Below are positions 1 through 12,500 of a stretch of DNA of 64,000 nt, piece by piece. The notes beneath the pieces were generated by a model, which searched no databases, had not been told where the DNA came from, and saw only the letters and a list, made by a program, of their open reading frames with translations. The position numbers were made by a program, and so were the translations under genes. Positions within the stretch are counted from its first letter, which is position 1. Each line of letters opens with the position of its first letter. This stretch comes from Tubulanus polymorphus (Eukaryota; Animalia; Nemertea), in NCBI RefSeq assembly GCF_964204645.1, contig NC_134036.1:3844001-3908000 (forward strand), in the 5' to 3' direction.

Positions 1-80
1 CGTCAGCGTATGATGTCATCAGTATGATTAGGCATACAGTTGTATGCGCAAGCTCACGAGTAAGTGCTCTAATATTATCC

Positions 81-192
81 AGGGTCCAGTTCCACAGTTC
101 CGAGGTAAGATTTAACTCTGAGTTAACTCATTGAAAATGAACAAACTTTAACTCAGAGTTAACTCTAACTCACAACTGTGGAACTGGGTCCT
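81..192. mobile_element. ~110-bp MITE family, TIR GGGTCCAGTTCCACAG
   Basis: Inverted termini. Copies near 16840-16941, 20788-20905, and split around a nested insertion at 12258-12718. Confidence 0.6.
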
Positions 193-506
193 GAGTATCA
201 AAGTTTAAATGGATTTAACTATCTAAAACCCGGATAGATGAATCTACATCAATGAAGAAAAGTTACTCCATTATTTGAATGTGTAACAATATGTTTCCAT
301 CCCTAAATACCACAACTTTTGATGATTTGAAAAAAAGTTCAGTTGGTAAGCATGGAACATCAATGTTTTATATCAACTGCCCGTCTGTGCTGGTCCTATT
401 AAGATCTATATGTCTAACTAAACTGACTGAGCTAGGCCACACAAGCAAAGTTAAAATAGACAGTACACACTTAGGCCCTATGCTAAACGTATCCTTGCGA
501 ACGCAC

Positions 507-3500
507 CTTGTTGAAGATATTCTTCATCGCCATCAGGAAGCCTTGACGATGATTCAAGCCGAGTTTGTTGAAGCAGTTGCTGCCGAACGCGAGCACGCTG
601 CCGACGTCTGTCAGCAACATCGTGCCGTCGTCGCCGCAGTAGACTTCGCGCGCGAACACCGGCTCCGAGATCGTTACCTCCTGCGGGAAACAACTGAAAC
701 CAAGAACGGACGTTACGAGCATTTCATCTTAACACACCCGAAAAACTTGGCGTCTCCCTTTATAGTGGCAGTTTTCAGCACAAATCGTGAAATTTTGACA
801 TCGAAAATGGTAATTTATTGAAAATAAACAAGAATCGTTCTGATTTTTAGAGCGTTTTGATAATTTTGGTAGAACTTGAGCTCTTAAAAGTGATTACCTT
901 AAAATTCTAACGACAGTCAGGCCTAGATCTGTCTTAATACTAGCGGACTACCGAAGCCTAAAAACAAGTCTACACGGAGCCATCCTTCGATCTCTCCACG
1001 GATACGTAACGATTCGCATATTCTCGGAGTCACCGTCAATCGGAAACATATGCTCAAATTGCCAATTTGTATTCCTAACTCTATTCGCTAAGCGTATGTT
1101 GTTATTGGATAAGTCATCGACATACCGGGCAATGATTATCCCAACTATAAGATGGCAAATTGAAATACTCACTGATTGGTTTCGTTGCCGAGTCCGAGTC
1201 GTCCGTCTGCCCCGATGCCCCAGGCGTGCACCTCTCCCTCGCTGCCGATAGTGACCACATGCTGCGGCCCGCACGCCACCGCTATCACATCAACGCTGAA
1301 ATGATAATTACCGAAAAAGTTTTACGCAACGTTTTTCCAGATGCATCTACACTGCGATGCGGCGTATAAATCGGCGATGGACTTAGCTAGTACGCCGCAT
1401 CGAGGTGTATTGACGTTATATTACTAATTAGATTTTCATATTTGGTAAAAGATGGCAGCGTCTGTCGAACATGGTAAAATGTTAGTAACTAACGATACAC
1501 GATACACCGCACCGCGGTGTAGACGCACTATAGCGTTATGTCCATCATGCATAAGACTGGGGTGGAATTTTTCAAAGTTTTCAATCATCCCCAGCACTTT
1601 ATGGTATTACTTAATTAGCAATGATAGGGTCAATGATATTCCGAATACTTAAACGACGTGGTTTCGTCAGTTTTACCTGAGTAGACACTCGATCAAACGC
1701 GGTCGAGATATCGGGGCGTAGTCGCCGTGTCCGAGACAACCGTTCAGACCGTCGCCGCACGTCATCACGATGCCGTTATCGCTGCTGAACACGCTGAAAC
1801 CGTCTCCGCAACACGCCCTGAAATCAGAAGAGAAACATCCGTGACGTCGTGAAATCATCGTTCTATTTTTCCATCCTTCTCGTTTGGTTTCTTCTTCATT
1901 TACAATCATGTACTCTTGATTTATGATGAATAATGAATGAATTTTTTTAAATATCCGAAACGTCACAATAACATAACATCATAATATAATATGAATCGGT
2001 GATTCAGCTGTCATGAGATTCTACTGCATATCTGTCTCACCGGTTTGGGAACTCGATGACATCGTGAAACTCAGCCGCATTCCTCCACCGCAGGGATTTG
2101 AACCTGATGACAGGGTAAGACTCCGCCACATTCTTCCTTTACAGGGATTCAAACCTAGTGGCATCGTAAGACTATGCCACGTCCTTCCTCACGGGGATTT
2201 GAAATCTGGTGGCATTGCGAGACTCGGCCACATACGTCCTTTACAGAGATTTAAACCCGATGACATTTTGAGACTCCGTCACATTACCTCCTGGCAGGAA
2301 TTCAAATCTGATGGCATCGCGAAACTCTGCAACGTTCCACCTTCCTTGCAGGGATTTGAACCTGATGGCATCGCGAGACTCTGCCACGTTCCTCCCTTGC
2401 AGGAATTCAAACGTGATGGCATTGTGAGACTCTGCAACGTTCCTTCCTCGCAGGGATTTGAACCCAACGGTATTGCGAAAACAACTTTATAAAAAAACTA
2501 GCAAAAACACTTACTTCGTGATCGACTTGCCCTTCAAAGCCTCGACGAGCGTCGGTGAAAGTTTCGAGTCGAGCGAGCCGTGCCCGAGTTGCCCGTAGCT
2601 TCCTTCGCCCCACGTGTACACCGACCGCTCTATCGTGACAACGATCACGTGATCGCTTCCGACGGCAACCTGTAAGCGAGCGCGCAAGTTAGGTGAACCG
2701 AACATTCAGTCAATCGAACGAATCGTCTCGATTAGAAAACTTCGTAAATCGAACAACGATGGCCGCCAGTCAGCCATCTTGACTACGATCATGAACATTT
2801 TTTGAACGCAGAAACGTTTGAATAAGGTATTTCAGTATAATTACGTATCCCATTTCAAAAGGGCTGCATTCGTTGTTAAGCAAGGCCAAAAAATACAGAC
2901 AATTGAAGCTTAATTTTGGTGTTATCTTCTATTTTTCACATAAGCTCGAAATATTTCAAAGCTATTATCAGCGTTGATAGAATATCGACACACACTCTGG
3001 TAGGGGCAGAAAGGGGTGTCCGCCCTCTAAAACCTTAGAACCCTGTAAATCTACATACCTCTCTTATTTTCGCTTTAGACGGCAGGTCGATCGGACTGAG
3101 ACCCATACTGCACGTTTCCAAATAATACAACACCGACCTTCAACGAAATAAACAATTTCGATAAACTTCAATAACATATATCTAGTAGAGGTAAGAATGG
3201 CAGAACAACTGGATGTAGACAGTAGCAATGATGACACACATGCAAGATATCTCTAAAAGACAATGCCCGCTGAAGCGGGAGCACGAGATATCTCTAAAAG
3301 GCAATGCCCGCTGAATCGGGAGCACGAGATATCTCTAAAAGGCAATGCCAGCTGAATCGGGAGCACGAGATATCTCTAAAAGGCAATGCCGGCAGAATCG
3401 AGAGCACGAGATATCTCTAAAAGACAATGCCCGCTGAATCGGGAGCACGAGATATCTCTAAAAGGCAATGCCAGCTGAATCGGGAGCACGAGATATCTCT

Positions 3501-6500
3501 AAAAGGCAATGCCGGCTGAATCGGGAGCACGAGATATCTCTAAAAGGCAATGCCGGCAGAATCGAGAGCACGAGATATCTCTAAAAGGCAATGCCCGCTG
3601 AATCAGGAACACGAGATATCTCTAAAAGGCAATGCCGGCTGAATCGGGAGCACGAGATATCTCTAAAAGGCAATGCCGGCAGAATCGAGAGCACGAGATA
3701 TCTCTAAAAGGCAATGCCCGCTGAATCAGGAACACGAGATATCTCTAAAAGGCAATGCCGGCTGAATCGGGAGCACGAGATATCTCTAAAAGGCAATGCC
3801 GGCTGAATCGGGAGCACGAGATATCTCTAGAAGGCAATGCCAGCTGAATCGGGAGGACGAGATATCTCTAGAAGGCAATGCCAGCTGAATCGGGAGGACG
3901 AGATATCTCTAAAAGGCAATGCTAGCTGAATCAGGAACACGAGATATCTCTAAAAGGCAATGCCGGCAGAATCGGAAGTACGAGATATCTCTAAAAGGCA
4001 ATGCCGGCAGAATCAGAAGTAGGAGATATCTCGTTGTAGCGACTGAGGTACGGGATATCTCTTCTTAACAAGGCAACGACGACAAAATCGAAATTACGAA
4101 ACATTCTTCGAAACGGACGACATCGACGGTTACCTTTTCTCCAAAACGTTAGGACTGAGTCGATAGAATGCGGCGCGAAAATGAAAAGAACGAAGGCACA
4201 CGATTAAAACGAGAGGAAATTCACGCGTAACACAGGAACATTGACAAGTTGGAAACATCGGATGCGGTTAAAATATACAGTGTATATGTATATACAATAT
4301 AATATGACGGAATAAATCATGTATAAAGTTTGTTTTCGGGTTTTTTAGGCACGTATTAGTTATTCAACGTCTACATAAATAGGAAATATCTGCCGGCGGG
4401 GATTCGAACGTGATGACGGTATCGCTGGACTCAGCCACGGTACGAAAACCTGCCACACCAGACCGCAGTGCGCAGATGTGCAGCTCGGATGATGTCATTA
4501 GCCGATCAGAAATCCTGTTTTATTCTAGCGCTGGTATTTTCATTCATAGTTTATCCGTGAAATTCGCCTCAGCCATTATACAATGGCCAATCTGATCGGC
4601 GCCACAAGTTTTCTTGCAGCAAACCTGGCATGTACTTATGCAAGCGGTCTAGTGTGGCAGGGTTTCGTGCTGTGGCTGAGTGCAGCGATGCCATCAGGTT
4701 CGTATATCCCTGCTGGGGGAGGATGCTTAGAGCATATGGGGAAGAGGAAAGGTCCGGTTTATCGGGGAATCAACAAGTCTTAGAGACCCTGATATAAAAT
4801 CTCGGAGGTCATTTTCAAGCGTTTGGGTGGGAATTTTCGGGCGGGTATTAGTTTTTCAACATCTAATAGGGAATATAGGGATGAGGAGAGGTCAACAAGT
4901 CTTAGAGACCCTGATATAAAATCTTGAAAGTCATTTTCAGGCGTTTGGGCGGGTATTTTCTAGTGGTTACTAGTTCTTCAACATCTAATAGGGAATATAG
5001 GGATGAGGAGAGGTCAACAAGTCTTAGAGACCCTGACATAAAATCTCGGAAGTCATTTTCAAGCGTTTGGGCGGGTATTTTCTAGTGGGTATTAGTTCTT
5101 CAACATCTAATAGGGAATATAGGGATGAGGAGAGGTCAACAAGTCTTAGAGACCCTGATATAAAATCTTGAAAGTCATTTTCAAGTGTTTTGGCGGGTAT
5201 TTTCTAGTGGGTATTAGTTCTTCAACATCTAATAGGGAATATAGGGAAGAGGTGAGGTCAACAAGTCTTAGGGACCCTGATATAAAATCTCGGAAGTCAT
5301 TTTCAAGCGTTTGGGCGGGTATTTTCTAGTGGGTATTAGTTCTTCAACATCTAATAGGGAATATAGGGATGAGGAGAGGTCAACAAGTCTTAGGGACCCT
5401 GATATAAAATCTCGGAGGTCATTTTCAAGCGTTTGGGTGGGAATTTTCGGGCGGGTATTAGTTTTTCAACATCTAATAGGGAATATAGGGATGAGGAGAG
5501 GTCAACAAGTCTTAGAGACCCTGATATAAAATCTTGAAAGTCATTTTCAGGCGTTTGGGCGGGTATTTTCTAGTGGTTACTAGTTCTTCAACATCTAATA
5601 GGGAATATAGGGATGAGGAGAGGTCAACAAGTCTTAGAGACCCTGACATAAAATCTCGGAAGTCATTTTCAAGCGTTTGGGCGGGTATTTTCTAGTGGGT
5701 ATTAGTTCTTCAACATCTAATAGGGAATATAGGGATGAGGAGAGGTCAACAAGTCTTAGAGACCCTGATATAAAATCTTGAAAGTCATTTTCAAGTGTTT
5801 TGGCGGGTATTTTCTAGTGGGTATTAGTTCTTCAACATCTAATAGGGAATATAGGGAAGAGGTGAGGTCAACAAGTCTTAGGGACCCTGATATAAAATCT
5901 CGGAAGTCATTTTCAAGCGTTTGGGCGGGTATTTTCTAGTGGGTATTAGTTCTTCAACATCTAATAGGGAATATAGGGATGAGGAGAGGTCAACAAGTCT
6001 TAGGGACCCTGATATAAAATCTCGGAAGTCATTTTCAAGCGTTTGGGCGGGTATTTTCTAGTGGGTATTAGTTCTTCAACATCTAATAGGGAATATAGGG
6101 ATGAGGAGAGGTCAACAAGTCTTAGAGACCCTGATATAAAATCTTGAAAGTCATTTTCAAGTGTTTTGGCGGGTATTTTCTAGTGGGTATTAGTTCTTCA
6201 ACATCTAATAGGGAATATAGGGATGAGGAGAGGTCAACAAGTCTTAGGGACCCTGATATAAAATCTCGGAAGTCATTTTCAAGCGTTTGGCCGGGAATTT
6301 TCGGGTGGGTATTAGTTCTTCAACATCTAATAGGGAATATAGGGAAGAGGAGAGGACCGGTTTATCGGGGACACAGCCGGGGGGGGGGGGGATCTATACC
6401 TATAGCTGGACAGAACGAAACGCGAGAAATGTCTGAAAAATAATAATCAGAAAAACGTAATACGCCGGAAATCTGTTGAAGCCTCACGTTGAGCGTCTAC

Positions 6501-9500
6501 AGAACTTCACCACCTAAGACATACTTTTTCATCTAGAATCATCCACGCTACAAATGTAATTCTTCCTGTGGACTCCTCCTAAATCGGTACTGTTTATCTC
6601 AGTGAACTCAGTTAATTCAGTGGTTTTGAAAGCAAATTTCTATCTACGTAAACTTCTAATTCGGTAACCGCCTAATTGGGTAAAAACCCGCTTTCAACCG
6701 TACCACCGATTTAGGCATAGTCTACTATACAACTACAAACTACGTAAAAAATTTCTAATTGCCTATTTCTCAATATTGAAGGAGTTTTAAAAGAGTTTCG
6801 GGCATTTTTCTCAAAATCAAAGGAGTTTCGAGCACCTTTTTTAAAAGCATTTTCCGTTTAGGAGATTTTAAGGAATCAAGCAGTCGTATAGGGAGCCCGC
6901 TTCGTTATGTCGAGTACGTACCTAGTTCGTTTACGACGGGTAGACGGCGCTAGTTGATTACCGTCGGTAATCGCGGGATCGTCCTCGTAATCGGTCGGCG
7001 GCTCTTCATATCTGCTCATCAACTAGAGAAAATAGAAAAATTGAATTTAAATTGTTTTAAAGATTTCTTTTTCTTGACTGCTCAACCCACTGAATGCAGT
7101 AGTAACAAAACCGCTCCAGCAGATAAATGGTTTGTTTTCCTGGTCGTCCTATGAAATGGGCCCTTATATTTGTTGGACAGGTTAGGTTCATTTTTTTACC
7201 TATCTATGTACATGTTGCAATACTGCAATATTGCACAGGCAGAGCAATAGAACAGAATGGCCACTTTACACTAATTGGGAGCCCTCTAGTAGAAGACCAT
7301 GACCACGATGGGGCCACTTTTCACCAATTTACAAATCCCCAGAATTTTCCCTCATTTTTCCATGCGATTACACACAGTTCCCCCTGAGTGAATCGGAGAA
7401 ATTTCCAGGCTTAAAATGTTACAATTCATTCATTTTTCATAAATCATGTAGTGATTAAGTAACACACGGTCAATAGCGTTATCCAAATTCCCTGAGTTTT
7501 CTAGGTTTTTGGTAAAATTTGTCGAAATCCCCGAGTTAACCCCTGATCTTTCTAGATTTTTCTGATCTCCTTTTCCCCTGACTATTCCCCGACATGCACG
7601 CGTTGTTTTCCCTGACTCGATCTGCTAAGAATCTGATCAATTACCACAATCAAATACGCGTGAGACATAGACAGAAACTGTTTTTACACACAATCTAGCA
7701 ATCTCAACAAATCTACCTATGACTTTTCCATGATTTTTAGCGTTTCACAAAATTTCACGACAATTCCCTGACCTTCTTTTTAAAAGAAAAGACAACTCCC
7801 TTAAAGAATTAAAAGACTTAAAGAATGAAATAAAAAATCCCGATTTTGCCAGGTAAGTGACCGCGCCCTGTTTTTGTTCAATTCGAAATATACGCAGTCA
7901 CTCGCCCGTAGAAAAGAAGACAATACGTATACATTTGGATAACCGGGTGACGGGTGATTAATGAGTCGTTGATAAGTAATTGATATTAACGCTCGCTCGC
8001 TGGCGCATGCAGCAGCAGCAGCAGCAGCAGCAGCGTCGTAGAGTAAACATCACCCGAGAACATATATCATCGCTACCAGGTTGATCCTCTAATTCATCAC
8101 GACCCTCGGATAACGAAGGCAAATCGATTCTGCTCGATAATTGCCCCCTAATAGTAACTTACCGGTAAATCATCTCGTCGAGCTTAAGGCTGAAAAAATG
8201 ATACCTTGTTTCTCCTAATCAGCCTGGTCATTTTTGTAAACTGCAATACAATTTGTAATCAGTTCAGTTCAATAGCTGCCCGGTTTGTTATTGTTAGCTT
8301 GTTCATGATTTTTTTTCAAAGTTATGTACAGGGTAGATAGGCGGTGGGCCGGGTCAACTTTTAAGCTCAGCAGAACTGAAATGAGAAGCAAGGTGTCAAG
8401 TTTCTTGCGAGCAACCCAACAGCCTTGCCCGGTTGTCTTCTTGAGAAATCGCAAGGACCATCTAATTTATACGGCATCACGCTTTCTCTAAGTTCGGAGC
8501 TTAATTTTAAAAGATCGACTAAGGAAGGGGAGAACCCCTGGTCTTCTTAAGTGTTGATGTGAAAAAACCGATATTCAATATTTGCTTATTTCATGGTGAA
8601 GGCTCAAGTGTCTTAAATGGACAGTGTGGCCATTTTCTGCCGATTTACAAATTCCATGAGTTTTGTCGGATTTTCTAAGTTATAACACAAAATTCCCCCT
8701 AAGTGAATCAGAAAAAGTTCTAGGTCAAAAATTTGACAATTTATTCATTTTTTATGAACCACGCATTAATAAACGAACGTATGGTCAATATTATCATCAG
8801 AATTCTCTCTGAGTTTTTCAGGTTTTTCAGTAAAATGTGTCAAATTCCCCGATTTGTCCGTGAAATTTTTTCTACATTTTTTCTAATTCAATGAGTTTTC
8901 CTCGAGTTTTCCTCTTAAACTCTCGACGCGAAAAAAAAACGTATATACAATATCGCCGTATTTTTCTGACGAGGATCAAGTATCTTCGGAAATGGTGCCG
9001 CCGCGATTGCACCCTTTACGATTGCACCTCTTGGTCCGATCGGAAATTCTGAATTTCGCGCGATAGGTCCTCTACACTTTCCGTAAGCGTAACAGGAAAC
9101 GCTCTACGAGAATGTCGAAAGCTTTGAAACCTCTCCAATCCGTCGACGAAAGAGAGCGCACGTACTATTACGACGGCGAAGAAGGAAAAGACGCTAAAAA
9201 AAAAATGTTTCCCTTCCATTATTCAAACGCACGCACACCTTTCATCGCGACGTTCACCGTCGCCGTGGTAACCGACCGTAAGCAGACGCGCGCTGCGCGG
9301 CGATCCAGGGACGAAGAGTTTTACCGACGAAAAGAAATCAACGCCAGTCGTTTGTTCGTTCGTTTGTTCATTCGTTCGTCGAGAGCTGCAACTAAATCAG
9401 GTAAGTGCGCTGTTTTGATTCAGAGTATTCTTAACTAACTCGTCAATATATCAATAGTTGCGTGTAGCCTGGAATCTGCACTCCCTATACGCAATTCAAT

Positions 9501-12500
9501 ACTTTATCAGCCCATTTTCAAGCCCCTGATTTTTCCATGAGATGACACAAAATTTGCTGATGAGTGAATCTGAGAAATTTCTAGGTTTTTTTAAAAATGT
9601 TGTTACGGTTCATTCATTTTTCATTGAATCATGTTTTCGGGGTTTTTGGAAAAATTTGTCTAATTCCCTGATTTTCCCTGTTTATCATTATGTTCAAACT
9701 TTTGATCGTCCACACTTCGCATGTGTCCAGGACTTCACCCGAGACATTTCTAATTGAAAATGAACTACTAACACCAGACATTCGACATTTTAGCAGCTCA
9801 CTTTCAATAACCGATTGCCCACAATTACAACAGTGAAAGTCTGAAGGGGGGTTCCAGGCTAAGAAATGATACCTGTATTTCACGAAGAGTAGCTCGTGCA
9901 AACCTGGGTACAGAGATGAATTAGTAAAAGAAATTTCTAGATCTTGCAAAATATCTAGAAAAGCAACTGGTATAGCACTGAAATAATGAGATATTTTGGA
10001 ATCAGTTTAAAGTGTCTTATCACAATTTTTAGTGTTGGAAATCGATTGTCTACAACCGACATATCTGAATCAACTGAGAGACACTGCACGCCAAGATGAA
10101 GTTCAGTTTAATGGCGTGTTGGGTGGTGGCGCTGCTGTCCGTAGGAGCCGCCAAAGACGACGGCGGATCGCGGAAATACCGCGCGCGACGCCAGGACGCG
10201 CTCGGAGAATTAGACGACGAGGTGCCCAACGATGACGGCCAGTGTAAACCGTGTCAGTGCATGCCGGGACCTGCGGGTAAGATCTCCGGACCGGTATTAC
10301 CGGACTACGGGCCCCGAGTTACGGTATTTACGGTATAATCTTTTCCTCAATTTTATAGGCGCGCCCGGTCCGATGGGTATGCCCGGAAACCACGGCAACA
10401 ATGGTAACAACGGAGCCCCGGGCCCGGCCGGGCCACAGGGCAAACCCGGTGAAAAGGGCGAAAAAGGCATGAAAGGTAGGCAAACGAGGAATCGGGTTCG
10501 GAGTCAAAATAAACATCCGCACAACTACGGAACTTGGTCCAGAAACAAATTAAATCTATACGACCGTGGAACTGGGTCCAGAGATAGATTTAACCCACAC
10601 TTCTGTGGAACTGGGTCCAGAGACCAATCAAACCCACACAACTGGGGAACTTGGTCCGCAGATAGATTAATCACACACGACTGTGGAACTGGATCCAGAG
10701 TCAAATCAAACCCACACAACTGTGGAACTGGATCCAGAGTCAAATTCAACCAACACAAATGTGGAACTGGATCCAGAGTCAAATCAAACCCACACGACTG
10801 TGTAACTGGATCCAGAGACAAATTCAACCAACACAAATGTGGAACTGGATCCAGAAATAGATTAATCACACACGACTGTGGAACTGGATCCAGAGCCCAA
10901 TCTAACAACACAAATGTGGAACTGGATTCAGTTTTAACCATAAACCGCTTAAACTAAGACCTGTCTCAGCTCATTTGAGTTCTATAACCAATCTAACAAC
11001 TTCAGACCATGATGTGAGACCACTTTTGAACCTTTAACCGCGCAATCAGCCTTCGATCTTTCGTTCGCAGGCAAAAAGGGACCGAAGGGCGACGCCGGCG
11101 AGGCGGCGCCGCGACCGACGAAGGTCGCGTTCTCCGTGCAGCGCAACTCGACGTTCGGCGGACTGACGTACGACTTCACGATCACGTTCGACCACGTCGT
11201 GACGAACGAGGGCGGCGCGTTCAGCTCGTACACGTCGTACGTGACGATACCGCGCGCCGGCACGTACGCGTTCTTCATCAACACAACTGGTAACAACGGC
11301 AACTCGCTCATCTGGCTGCTCGTTAACGGATCAAAGAAGGTACGTACACGTAAGACACGCGCGCTACTCGGAAAAATATATCACGGTGGCCACTTTTATT
11401 TGACTAGTTTTTCCCAGACTATTGCACTTTTATTTGACTAGTTTTTTCCCGACTATTGCACTTTTATTTGACTAGTTTTTCCCCGACTATTCCACTTTTA
11501 TTTGACTAGTTTAACCCCGACTATTCAACTTTAATTTGACTAGTTTTTCCCCCGACTATTGCACTTTTATTTGAATATTTTTTCCCTGACTTTTCCACTT
11601 TTATTTGACTCACTTTTCCCCGACATTTCCCTGGCATGCACGCGTTTGTTTTCCCTGACTTGATCTGCTTAGAATCCGATCAATTAACACAGTCACATAC
11701 GTATGACATAGACGGAAACTGTTCGATTTTACGCGCGATCTAGCGATTAATTTTCCCTGATTTTTAGCACTTTTACAAAATTCCCCGACCATGCATTTTA
11801 CAGAAAAGACATTTCCCTGACTTTATCCTGATTTCCAGGCAAGCGGCCACGCTGTAACAGGTTTTCATCAACTGTAGTATTTGCTCATTAACGTTCGAAT
11901 ATCGTTACTAGGTCATTTTCATTTATTTCTCCGATGATTAAGTTTATTCAAAACTTTGAAACTACCAGAAAATAACGTAATAACTGTTAAATCATATAGA
12001 TTGTGGATTTTGCTAATTTTTTCTATCCGTCTATCGCGCAGGCGTCGGTGTGGGCGTCGTCGAGCAAGTCGAACCCGTATCCGACGGCGAACAATCAGAT
12101 CATACTGATGCTGCAGCAGGACGACCGCGTGTGGCTGCAGCTGGCCGCCGGCAGCACGATGAACTTCGGCACCAGTCCGTCCGTGTTGACGTTCAACGGA
12201 TACATACTGTGGACTCTTGATTAGTACGCCGAGTCCACAGTATTCTAGATATTTCCGCTGGATCCAGTTCCGCAGTTCTGAGAACGACTAAAACTGTTTA
12301 ACTCAAGTCTGGTTTCATTAAATGCACGAGGCCCAGAATTGTACAAACGGGCGGGTTGCGCAGTTGGCGCTTAAGTCTTAAAGCGGTCTTAAATATCTCA
12401 AAACCAAAAGTTGTTCCATTGGCTATAGAACTAAGTTGGTCTTAGACCGGTCTTAAGTCTTAGCCGTGTCTATGCAACCAGGGGCCAGTTGCACAGTCGT

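Noticed and set aside
2013-2492. 159-aa repetitive ORF, and similar ORFs at 14214-14604, 10525-10941, 5311-5529, 6144-6443, 45971-46156
   Set aside because: Products of tandem repeats inside introns; no splice support and not needed for the phase-consistent gene models.
3243-4032. CRISPR-like regular array with a palindromic repeat
   Set aside because: The intervening parts are near-identical rather than unique spacers; no cas genes; eukaryotic intron. It is a minisatellite.
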